From the NCBI GenBank assembly GCA_964035545.1, contig OZ037768.1, positions 9,146,741 through 9,210,740 on the forward strand: a DNA stretch of 64,000 nt, given 5' to 3'. Each line of letters starts with the position of its first letter. Positions within the stretch are counted from its first letter, which is position 1. Of this stretch, positions 23,401 through 34,401 are shown piece after piece. The position numbers were made by a program, and so were the translations under genes. Source of the stretch: Bugula neritina (Eukaryota > Animalia > Bryozoa). The notes beneath the pieces are model-generated. The model had not been told where the DNA came from. It saw only the letters and a list, made by a program, of their open reading frames with translations, and ran no database searches.

Positions 23401-26400
23401 AATATACTATTATTACTAGTACTACTACTTGTAGTAAGTAGTACTAGTAGTGGTAGTACAAAAAATATGCTAATTTATACTTGCTCAGTTAAAATTATTA
23501 ACAGAAGGTTGTCCTGATTTAGATATTAGAAAACTAGGTCAAGTAACTGGGTAACTACTAACTACTAATGGCAATTAACTCTGACAACCAAGCAGAATAT
23601 TATGTGCAGTATCAGTCTTTTAACAGATCTCTCCACAAGTTTCAATATTGCTAAAAGATGTTAGTCTGAGATGCTAGCTGAATCTACCAACATTGTACTC
23701 AACTACTGGTTATTATAAATTCAACTTTAGGTTAGACACATGTAACATCTTCTGAAAGATGTCTTGTATGTTTGTTTCAGGTGATTAGTGAGAGAGACAT
23801 TCTCGGAACTCAGCTAGTCAGGCGAAACGACGAGCTAGCTCTTTTGTATGAGAAAATCAAGATTCAGCAATCAACTCTTAACAAAGGAGAGATTCAGTAC
23901 AACCAGAGGCTGGAAGACATCAGAGTTCTAAAACTCGAAATAAAGAAGTTGAGAAGGGAGAAGGGTATACTCCAGAAGAGTGTGGCTAACGTAGAGGATC
24001 TTAGGTAAACAGCTGTTTTCAGCCTTTGTAGTCTTATGCTGGTGTCCAAATCAACAAAGTTTCAAACTCACATTTTGCATTGTATAATATTATAAAGGCG
24101 TGAAGTCTACCACATTCAACGAGAACTGCTGAGGGAGAGAACGAGATGCAAGGCTTTAGAAGAAGAGCTAGAAAACCCCATGAATATTCACAGATGGAGA
24201 AAACTAGAGGTAAGGTGAAAGAAAATCAAGACAACTGTGAATGCTTCATTACCTACTCTGTTCGCAAATATTAGTTCATGAAGAACACTTTTAAAAACAA
24301 TAACTCATTTCATCAGGGTTTTAAAACTACAGTCCTTTGTAAAATACTAGATGTTGCATGTGAGCGAGTGAGTGAGGTGTTGAATGTTATGCTATAGCAA
24401 GTGGATCGGCTGTTATTGGTGCTCAAAACAATATTTTTTACCATATACTTGTTCCGTGTACTTCTAGTAGTCGGCCATGTTTACTACTAGTTTTACTATT
24501 ACTAGGCCAGTGGTTCATCTCAACTGTATCAAATAAGCTAGATATGAAAAGCAAGACCACATAAATAGATTAGCTATTAATAATCACAAAGTTACTATAC
24601 AACTACGATAGTGTCTTGTATATGGTTTTATAGTAAAGAGCCAGTCTTTAGATCAAATGATCAGTAGTTTCGTGAGTTACTCTCATTTACTTAGTGACTT
24701 TCCAACTGTTTGAATCCATGTACTAATTATAGTACAGTAGTTGGTTTATAAATAGTAAACACTGCTACTAGTATAACACTGCTAGTACACAACTTACATT
24801 TCAGTTAGAGATTTGATCCGGTAAAAATTTCCTTGTCAGGGTCAGAGCTAGTGGTGGTGTGTCCCTGTACTGCACTGCAGTATCTATGCTATTTATTCAA
24901 CTTGTATACTCTACATATGCTTTACATACATATGTCTCTCTATCACCAACTCAATAGCAACATTACATTTTATGCTGGTAAATAGTGGATATCATTAGTC
25001 AGTTACTAAATCATCTGTCTATAGAATAAAATAAGGGCACGGTAAGCTGAGGCTCAACTTTCACCAGCTGTTGAAAGATCTAGCATAAAGCAACCCGTAA
25101 AGGGGGTTTGCCGCCATGTGATTGATGTGAAATAAGAGAGGCATAATGCTTTCCATATAAGCACATGCTGACTAGGTACTCAGGCACAGGCACTTTGTAG
25201 GCTGCCTTATTTATTAACTAGCTATAAAGACGAGTTGATGTGAATGGCCAGTGATTAAGCCACATCGTTAATTAGAACTAATTAATTAATACTGTGCGAA
25301 TGCAGGTTTTGGCCTTTGTTTCATTTAGATCTCTCCATAATGACCATCATACTTCTCACAAACAAAGGTCTTATATGTTAATGATAATCATACAAAGATG
25401 ATAAAACAAAGAGGCCAATACCACTGCCTTTAGCAGCAGAGAACTTCTGCAATGCTCATCAAACTAGACATACATTGACTGCACCTGACACCCTCAGCTG
25501 ACTTCTCATTGATGTTCTTCTATATTGAACCCTTATTTGGCATCACTCCGCTGATAGCTTCCCAGCATTTCCTATGAATTGGACAGGCTTCTCTTAATAA
25601 TAATATTGATGGCATCTATTTAGTTCTTAGCAATAAATAATGGCTGGCAGAAAAGCGCTGCTCTACGAATAGTATTTGTTCTGAAAACAACAGAAAATAC
25701 GATTTACCACCTTATGCCTGCAGCCAGTTTTGTTTGAATTCAAACCAAGAGAGTTTTAGTCCATAACATCCAGCTCATGTTTTTTCTTTAGTATAACTAG
25801 TATTTCTTATTTATTCAAGATTTAGCATAATTACATAATACTATTTTCACTAACAACTTTGAACAATGTTTATAAATGTGTAAAGGCTGAGCTTCTGCTT
25901 TCAAACTGGAGTTAATAATTTATTTTGACTAAACACTGGCTAAATAGATAAGGTCGTACTTTCAGGGTTCTGATCCAAGCACTTATGAAATGATTCAAAA
26001 GATTCAAGCGCTGCAGAAAAGGTTGATTGCAAAGACGGAAGAAGTGGTTGAGAAGGAATTGCTGATTCAGGAGAAAGAGAAGTTGTATGTGGAACTGAAA
26101 CATATTCTAGCTCGACAACCAGGGCCTGAAGTAGCCGAACAACTTAGCATTTATCAGTCAACACTCAAAGACAAGACCAAGCAACTCAAGGTAAGCTGCA
26201 TACAACAAATTCATCAATTTTACATCAGCCTTGCAATCCATGGAGAAAACAGTTTTTAAAACTAGTAATTTTACAGTTTTCGAAAAACTAACATTTTTGT
26301 CATAAAATGGGAAAGTAGTATTATGCTTGCTTTTAGTGATTAAATCGTTTATGTGCAGTAGTAGGGAAATTTTAATAGCCTAAATTATTTAATTCTCTTA

Positions 26401-29006
26401 ATCAATTTTGGTTTGGGATGTATAACTTCTTATGCTACATTTCTAGTTTAAAACACAGGCTTTTCTCAATTTCTTCGCTACTGCACCTACAGTACCTCTG
26501 AATGCCGCTGTTTCACTATAATACAAGCATAAGATGCGTTACTCTAGGCACCAGTGTAGAACTAAGTACCTGAAACTACTGAGCATATATCTGCAGGGTA
26601 TTACGCATGCAATCATAGCATATAATTATTTTTTTAATATTTTCTATACTACTAATTTAATCATTAGTTTTCTCTAATATTAACTACTTGATACTATTTC
26701 ATCTTACCTCATTGACTTGGTCAGAAGAGAAAAAAAGCATTTCCAACTCTCTCCAGTTTGCGAAACTTGGAGATAATCAATGTTGTTTCTCAAACCATTC
26801 AGCTGGCAACTGTAACAAATCAAATAAAAATAAATAGTAATACTACAAAATGATGAAAAATATACCAGGCATCAACAGCAGAAAACACTTTTGTAATTTA
26901 AATTGGTCAAAACTAGTAGCTTATGCTTTATTATATATAAGGGGGAGGCCGCATGGAGCTGTTCATACAATAAAAATGAGTTTTAATATAATTCAAAGCT
27001 CTGGTGGTCATCATTATAAAAATATCTTTGACTATTGTAAACTATTCAGATACATTATGATTATAGTCACTATAAGGCATAAGTCTAAACATAATATTAT
27101 TTTACTGCAATTCTGAGCTTATATTAGATATAATTGCTAGTTAGATTTTTCTGTTTGCTATAAATAATAAAATAATAAACTAAGAGTAACAAAGATAGTG
27201 AGCTGGCACTCTTTAGGCATAATCTGGCAAGCTTTTTACTAGTATTCGGCTGTAAATAGCAATCAAATATTTTTTACTTTTACTATTTCTAAGCCAATGC
27301 TAAAAGTAAATTTTAATTTAATCACAAGTTGATGTTTCATGTTTGACATGTATCTGTAATAATATTAATTGTAACAACTAAATAAATGTCAATGTAAGTG
27401 TAATATTTTAGCATGATACTTACCTTAACTTGGCTTTAAGACTTTCTAGTTTTTGATGCTGGGAAAAGAGCTAAGATTTGAGTGACCTAAATCAAACCGT
27501 TGCCTTTCCTCAGCACAATAAATTATTAAACTATGTTTAAACATATATTCTAAAGTTTTATTACTTCTATAATATTGGGTTTACCAGCGAGATTGAAACT
27601 CGGAGCAATAGTAAAAGAAGATTATAGTTGAACTATAGTTGTATGGCAGCAGCCATGGCTGGTCCGGCAGCGCTAGTAACTAACCAATCGTTTGTTCAAC
27701 GTTGATGTGGCAGTTGTTAAATAAATGAACTAGATCCAATTGGATCCTATAGTTAGAGGCTGCGCCAAGCGAAACAAAAGCATCCCAAAGGTCAAATTCC
27801 TAACCTTTTAATCAGCTAGTTGCTTAGAAAACATGATATGGGAGATGGTGCTCTTTTCAACTGGCTGTTCAGTGTAGGCTGTCAGTTATATATAGTAGTT
27901 GGCTATCAAAACAAATATCTAAGCAAGCAGTAGATGTGCTCCTATACTCTAGTATCCTAGAGTGTTACCTATAAAGTATTGCCACTCAAACACCAATACA
28001 TTTAGATAACTTTTTAAAAACATATGATAGATTGTATTGCTTCAAAATACTAAGTTAGTGTTTTACTCACCTCTTTCTTTGTGTTCTAGGTTAGAAATTT
28101 AGCAAAATTTTATAAAAAAGTTAAAGAACTTAGGCTATCATCTACTGTCTCATAAGACTATTCCTTGAGAAGACATTGTCTGGGAGTGTTTATCTTGTTG
28201 TTGCAGAGCATGGCGAGTGAATTGAACATGTACGAATCACAAGTTTCCGAGTACAAGTACGAAATAGAGAGACTTGCCAGAGAGTTACAGGATGTTAAAA
28301 AGAAGTACTATATGCAGAAGAAGAAAGAACAAGCAATTAGGTAAGAACACTTTATACTAAAACTATTAGGGGACTTATAAAACTCAGGATTTTAGGTAAA
28401 AATAACACAGGTAAAAATGGCACAGGTAAAATGGTACACTTATGTTAAACTGTCCCAAACCCCAAACCCAAACCACCACCCCAAACCCTAATATTGATAT
28501 TGTGCCATTTTCTCCTACTTTGCTGTTTGTGCCATTATCACCTGTGCCATTATTGCCTGTGCCATTATTACCTGTGCCATTATTGCCTGTGCCATTTTTA
28601 CCTGTGCAATTTTTACTTGTGCTATTTTTACCTGTGCAATTTTACCGAATACTAAAACTCAGACATGCATCTCACAATCACTTTGTTATATTATTGTCAT
28701 ATACATCAATAACATAAGTTGGTATACTTATTCATTTGTATTATCATAATGATATGTCACGCACACTCAGATTTTATTTTTGAAAAAAAGCTTGCATTTT
28801 AAATTATAAGCTGAAGTAAGTTGGCAACAGCTTTTCAACAAGTTTTCATGAATCTACTACTAAAAATTATATACCCTAATTGCAGAGAAAAAGATAGAGC
28901 CATAGCACAAGCTGGAATGCCCATCATTCAGCCGCAAAAAGGAGCGGAGCAAGCAAGGTTTACAGGAGGGGGGTTCAACCTGAAGCAACAGACTGCCAAC
29001 GCCTAA
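17476..29006 (+). CDS. CFAP58: Cilia- and flagella-associated protein 58 (CCDC147), coiled-coil, ~889 aa, 17 exons
   Basis: Exons 17476-17505, 18509-18618, 18976-19165, 19260-19408, 19569-19725, 20037-20231, 20479-20616, 20792-20951, 21107-21297, 21559-21804, 22374-22520, 22889-23029, 23781-24004, 24098-24209, 25966-26190, 28207-28340, 28886-29006. Hallmark peptides SLEKFRVEYEKLH, EIEKAWKMVD, QQNLYEAVRSDRNLYSKNLIEAQ, ERDILGTQLVRRNDELALLYEKIK, NPMNIHRWRKLEGSDP, RFTGGGF. AATAAA at 29161. Confidence 0.97.
20348..20437 (-). ncRNA. mir-1: pre-miRNA hairpin, miR-1 family copy A; predicted mature 3p UGGAAUGUGGAUAAGUAUGUUU (20385-20364)
   Basis: miR-1 5' end UGGAAUGU plus AAGUAUGU 3' motif. The 5p arm ACAUACUUCUCCUCAAACCAUA resembles the miR-1 star and pairs with the 3p arm; the lower stem extends further. 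Antisense in CFAP58 intron 6. Confidence 0.85.
20703..20783 (-). ncRNA. mir-1: pre-miRNA hairpin, miR-1 family copy B; predicted mature UGGAAUGUGGAUAAGUACGCAU (20735-20714)
   Basis: About 30-bp stem. CGUACUUAUUCACAUUGCGUA pairs with UAUGGAAUGUGGAUAAGUACG using G:U pairs available only on the minus strand. Antisense in CFAP58 intron 7. Confidence 0.85.
21907..21990 (-). ncRNA. mir-1: pre-miRNA hairpin, miR-1 family copy C; predicted mature UGGAAUGUUAUGAAGUACGCAC (21939-21918)
   Basis: Seed-identical to miR-1; imperfect inverted repeat CAGTGTATAGGGTGCGTACTTCATAACA ... TGTCATGAAGTAGGCGCCCCATACATACTG. Antisense in CFAP58 intron 10. Confidence 0.83.
22060..22134 (-). ncRNA. mir-1: pre-miRNA hairpin, miR-1 family copy D; predicted mature UGGAAUGUUAUGAAGUAUGCCG (22089-22068)
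   Basis: 5p arm CCAUACUUCCUAACACUCUUAUA pairs with the 3p arm. 150 bp from copy C, in CFAP58 intron 10. Confidence 0.83.
25482..25540. promoter_or_regulatory. Candidate muscle-enhancer motifs: E-boxes CACCTG (25482) and CAGCTG (25495), CArG box CCTTATTTGG (25531-25540)
   Basis: Perfect CC(A/T)6GG plus myogenic-type E-boxes in the long CFAP58 intron 14, upstream of the minus-strand mir-1 cluster. Motif evidence only. Confidence 0.3.
28388..28652. mobile_element. Non-autonomous foldback/MULE-like element with 15-bp tandem subterminal repeats and a 10-bp TSD
   Basis: Left arm has CACAGGTAAAAATGG units and right arm has inverted CCTGTGCCATTATTA-type units, around a C/A-rich AAACCC spacer. TAAAACTCAG is duplicated at 28378-28387 and 28653-28662. 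Confidence 0.8.
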
Positions 29007-31566
29007 TGACTAGCATTTAGTGACTTGTTTTAAACTTCCAATCTTTTTTCTTTATAGAAGATTCAAAATACAAGATGGCATACTGTTGATCATGATTATA
29101 ACACTAATAATTTATTTATATTAACTTATTTATGGTTTTGAAATAATCATTTATTTTGAAAATAAAGTTTTTACTAATTTGAATTTTGATGTTTACTTTT
29201 TAACTTTTCAAGATAGTTGAATGTTGAAATAAGATAAAGTTAAATACAAGTACATAAAAATGAAAGTTTGCTTATAATGCTGTGAATTTCGATTGATCAG
29301 ATAAATTTGTATTTTGCAACATTATGTAGCATAAACAGCTTTTACATTTTATAAAGTGTTGCTACTAGACTTGGAAATGATAAAAACATTCTTCACACAC
29401 ACCTCCATAATATGAATGTTTTACACTAGCATGATTGATATGTTAGCACCAATATATTATATAGATTTGCCTCTATAAAACAAGACAAATACTGAACAAT
29501 TGAAAAGATTTAGATTAAATATTACTTTGGCTAAAAGTATAACTCATATTTTTTGCATTTTTTTTCAATCATATTTATGCACATTATAATACTATGTTGA
29601 AAAATATTGCATAATTTGTTTAGTTTTCAGCTATATTAATTTCATAATTTATCTGACATTTTGGAATAATATGCATGAAAATGTGCGCCTCTCCACAACT
29701 ATGTTCCAATATTAAAACTTATGCATAGGCGCTTTGTTTTTCATTCTAAATGCTTTACAGTTTCTTCCATAAGAGTTGGCTTCAATATAAAAAACCTGTC
29801 AGTTTAAAAGCGATAAATTCCCAAGAATTCTTTAAATTCTCAAACACCTTCATTTTTGCTTATTCAATTAAAACAATTCTGTTATCAAAAGTAATATTCT
29901 CTAGATTTTAGCTATTGTAGCATTTGAGAAACAGAATTTAGAGAAAACTTCAGTTAATAGAAATGAAAAAATATTGATGCAAGTCAAAAAATTATGAATT
30001 CAAAACTTATTCATTTTATATCTCAAAATAGTGGGGCTTAATATAGCAATTTTCTGCAGCTTAAGTTGCTAATTTATATAACCAGTATTTTTCCTGTGGA
30101 CTGTTATATTAATGGTTGTCATTGTGTATGAGGTGCTCATTGGATGAGCTTTCACAAAATTCCACAAAAATTATTTTTAAAATTTAATTTGGCACAACTT
30201 TGTGTTCTTCCAATTTCACTAATGGCTTCAGCAACACCAAAGCACAATACAACTTAATCTCATCACAATACTATTTTCATAGTAACATTTAGACATTTAT
30301 TTCAGATGTAAAATCTGAAGACATCTGAAAAATCTGAAAAATATACAAAACAATAAAGAGTTGTCTTCTCTCCCCTCAGTTGATGCGCAGTACAATATTG
30401 TTATATTATCCAGATATTGGAAAGTTATAACTTTGATATTATAAATACAATAATTTTAGCTATACCACACGTGTTGCAAAAAGTAAACTATAATAATCAT
30501 TTTCATGCCTAATTATGATAATTAATACCATTTAAATTCTTCTTAAGTGGGTACTATATGTTATGTAGTATTAGTATTACTGAGCATTTAAATAAATAGT
30601 TGTTTTAGGACAATTAACATAAAGAAGATTTTCAAATTGAATTCGAAGTTTCTTTGTTAAGAACTTGAGATGGTTGACATCAATTATTGTTTGAACTATA
30701 AATAAATAGGCACTCAAAATTCGACACTTGAGGTTGTCAAAATCAACTGTTAAACTCACATCCCAAAACAAATGTTCTAAACCCAATAAAAGAAATGGAC
30801 AACCTTATATTATATGTGCATGTAAGAACTAAACATGCATAAGTAAAAATGTTTGGCTGCTGTATTTTGTATTTTTATTGAACTACTTTTCACAAGGCAG
30901 CTGAAATTAAGGTACAAAAGCAATGCGACACCCACAAAAGAAGTAATTCTCTTGTATCTTCTGTACATCCTTCGCTGAATGCTGGTAAAGCCGAGTTTCA
31001 GTAAATATTTTAAATTGCTAAATTCAATTTGTGCTGTGGAGGCAAAGCTGGTTTTAAACACAAAATATATGGAGTGATTTAATGGCAAATCTATATTGAT
31101 GAATTAAAAAAGACTCCTGGGCTGCTAAAATTACACCAATACATTTTCTATTGACTGCCACTATTCATAGCTTGTGCACCTTAAGACTAGCTATACAATA
31201 CTGTTGTGTCGTAGAGTCTGGTTGACTATATTTTTCTGCTTCATTGACATGCACTTTTTCCCACACTAAATATAATAGCAAGAAAGAAAATATGAATTTG
31301 TATATATATTTTTGCATGTATGCACAACACTGAATTTAAAACTTATAAACCAATGTCTTTTTGGACTGTGTAAGTAATTATATTATATAAATTACCAATT
31401 TAGGTGTTTTATAATTATTCTATAAAAATAACTAATTCTATCTGTATAAGGAGTTGTGTAAATGCTATTTGATGTAAATCAGTATAATATTATAATTTAC
31501 GAGATGTTTAATGTAATATAGATAATATAATTTGGTTAGATCACAAAACTTAGTTAAAAAAAATCA

Positions 31567-31705
31567 GTGGTCTAAATCCTAGTGAAGGCTATCGGTGATG
31601 TTAAAAGGATAAAACAGGCATTCGTCATAATTGCTAAATTGCCACAAAAGCAACTCTCCCTCACCAATGGCTACCTGTGCAGGACTAGGTAAGAAAGGGG
31701 AGAAA
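31567..31705 (+). mobile_element. Degenerate SINE-related fragment
   Basis: Shares GTGGTCTAA and the GGC.AT..GTGATGTTA..GCAT..GTCATAATTGCT core with the copies at 33559 and 48973; 3' part differs. Confidence 0.5.
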
Positions 31706-32305
31706 CTTATAATTAAATAAAACCACACATATTAAACAATTCATTGCATATACTAACATGCTGCAATAGCTACACTTTTATTTGTTTCGAATCTAAATCA
31801 GAATCTACTTATAATAATGTTATGATTTAAAGAGGATAAAACTATTACCTTTGCTATTACTTTAATTAATATAATATTATTGCAACACATTAGAAAAGTA
31901 GCTTATATATTTCTACCTTTTATTGCTTGACAACTCAACAACAACTGAAACTAACTTTTAAAGTCAGCAAAAACAAAACAAAGCAAGCTAAAACATAAGC
32001 AAAAAATAGGATAACAGTATATATTTTTAGCAAGTTACTGAAACTTGTTTTCAAAACAAAAAAACTTTTTAACTTTTTTACAAGGTCTTCTTTTTAACTT
32101 CAAGTTATTAAAATGCTTTCTGGATCTGTTTCGTCTTTTTGGTTTGCTACACGCCCCACTGATCTTATAACTACACAGCTGATGGGCCTCATGGCATGGC
32201 TCACAGGACTTGTGGTACCTCATACCTTCCTGTACCAAATAAAAAGGTTAGGGAAGTTAACAAATAAATGAAGAATAAACAAATGAAGTTTATATAATTA
32301 AAATA

Positions 32306-32509
32306 CAGTTCTCCCTCCCTATCTCATGGATCCAGTTCTCGCAAAATTCCGTAGGTCACGAGAAGGGCTTAGACCTCCATTTTGTGGCTTATGTATGTGT
32401 ATATAGGGACAGAATGGCTAAATATAACGGCCCCGAGAGTTAACTATGGTACTCTACTATGTCTCGAATTGAGGTTTTGGAAGCCACAGCTTAGTGAGAT
32501 AAGGAGGGA
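32306..32509. mobile_element. MITE remnant (Tc1/mariner-like start TA|CAGT)
   Basis: Inverted termini TCCCTCCCTATCTCA and TGAGATAAGGAGGGA ~200 bp apart; right outer terminus eroded. Confidence 0.55.
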
Positions 32510-33558
32510 ATAAATATTATTCAGTGAGTAAAAAGTGCACTATTGATAAAGGGTATTAAAAATATTATATAATAATAAAATCAAAATTAACAACTATATT
32601 TTATACTCACAACAGAATATGCCAAAAACCAACAATATAGCACCAAAACAAGGGCTAAATACTTTCTCATTTTGTGGGATATCACTGCATGCAAGTTGAA
32701 GCTACGGCGGTGACCTATAAAAATGAGAACAGATGAGATACCAATTTGGAACAGTGCACTTAGCAATAAAATGATAGTCAAGTATATTAGTGAAATTTAT
32801 ACAATTTGCAAATTTATATTTCAAATATACAGCACTCCTAAAATATAATATTCTGTGAAACATGATTGTATTATAATATATATGGCAATAAACTTCAACA
32901 CGAGACAATATTTTAAGAAAAAGTTTATATGACATAGAATTCATGCAACAAATATTTTTATTTGAAATATGTTCATGTATGTAAAATTAAGTATAAACAT
33001 GTTGTGTTGTTTTAACCAAATAAACACTATTAACTTCAGGTAAATGTATATCAACTTACCAAGCTATTCTCACAGGCTGTACTTGTATGATATAATGGCT
33101 ATATGACTACTTTAGTACAGGATCCTACTGCATGCATTCACACATTCCCAGCTACCTCAGTGTAACTCTGTGAAGCTAAGAACTCCAAGTACTATATTGG
33201 CAACTTTTTATACTTCTCTCTAGTTTTTATATTAACAAATCAATCATCTTTAAATCCCTGTTCTCATCCGTGTGAAGAGTTTATCAAGGATCTGCGTCAA
33301 TATACTACAAGACTTAAGGAAGTGTGCAATTAATAATAAAATATTTTTAATTAGATTTTTTTGTGTAATTTACCAACAAAATGCACTTAAACCTAAATTG
33401 GTGTCAAGTGTATCAGTTTTTGACAATATTATTACATATCTATATATGTAATAATATTTTATATTTTTATCTGACATTATGTTGCAAAATATTGTTTAAA
33501 TTATAACAAGTTGTGTAAAATTAGAATAATACTTATATGTAGCTTAGGGAGCTTAGGA

Positions 33559-33771
33559 AGCAGCCGTGGTCTAAGAATTAAAGCGTTTGCTCAGTAAGCA
33601 TGAAGTCATGGGTTCGAGCCCAGACAAAGGCCATTAGTGATGTTAGGAAGAGCATACAGTCATAATTGCTCCTGTGCCTCATCTGCATAAGTCCTTAGCC
33701 CAATTTAACAGAAACCCCTTCCATCAGGGGTTTCTCACAAGAATGGTGATTCTAAACTTGCATGAGTTTTT
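33559..33771 (+). mobile_element. tRNA-derived SINE copy 1
   Basis: Pol III A box (GTGGTCTAAG) and B box (GGTTCGAGCCC) in a tRNA-like head, then a core and tail. Colinear with 48973-49180. Confidence 0.8.
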
Positions 33772-34401
33772 TATGTAGCTTACAAAGAAACTTAAAACAA
33801 ATTACCCAAGATGACCAAAAGCATATATATGTACTCCATGCACAAGATTTATATTTTAACACACCAGCTTTCTAAATCTTTTCTGATATGACTCAGAGTG
33901 CATGCCGTTCTGTTTATAGAGCTGGTTGCAGAATTTATGCAGGTATAAGCTGAGCATGCACCAAGCAACCACCTGCTGTACACTGTCATTGCAGTATTAT
34001 TACAAGACTATCTGTACATTAGTTAACTGTAAATGCTTCTATAACATTTTCGGGAGTTGTAAGACTGTAGCTAATAATAGTTTCACAGAAACCAAATAAT
34101 ATTTTAAATAATTATTTAAAATATTATATAATATAAACCAAATTTAATATAATTATATTTATTGATATAACTTAATTTTCATTTTAATAACTGATAAATT
34201 TGATCACCCTAAGACTGCCAGATTTTCAAATAAAACTGAAATAAAAAATATATTTTAAGAAACATGATTGGCCGAAATGTAGTTTTTTTATTTATAGCAA
34301 CATGCATACACTTATAACTATATATAATAACTATAAAATTTTATTAAAAGTTGATGCATTTTTAACTTTTGTATAAATTCCGAAACACATGGTTCAGTTA
34401 A

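Noticed and set aside
28442-28717. ORF with PVPLL repeats
   Set aside because: Translation of the 15-bp repeats of the foldback element.
33559-33630. tRNA gene
   Set aside because: A and B boxes are present but no complete cloverleaf, and the sequence continues into a shared SINE body found in a second copy.
32035-33990. Possible minus-strand secreted Cys-rich gene (MEYIYMLLVIL exon, CQYSTWSS exon, ORF 32035-32238)
   Set aside because: The middle candidate exon has several in-frame stops and no consistent splice model could be built. It may be a pseudogene or non-coding, so it is not called.
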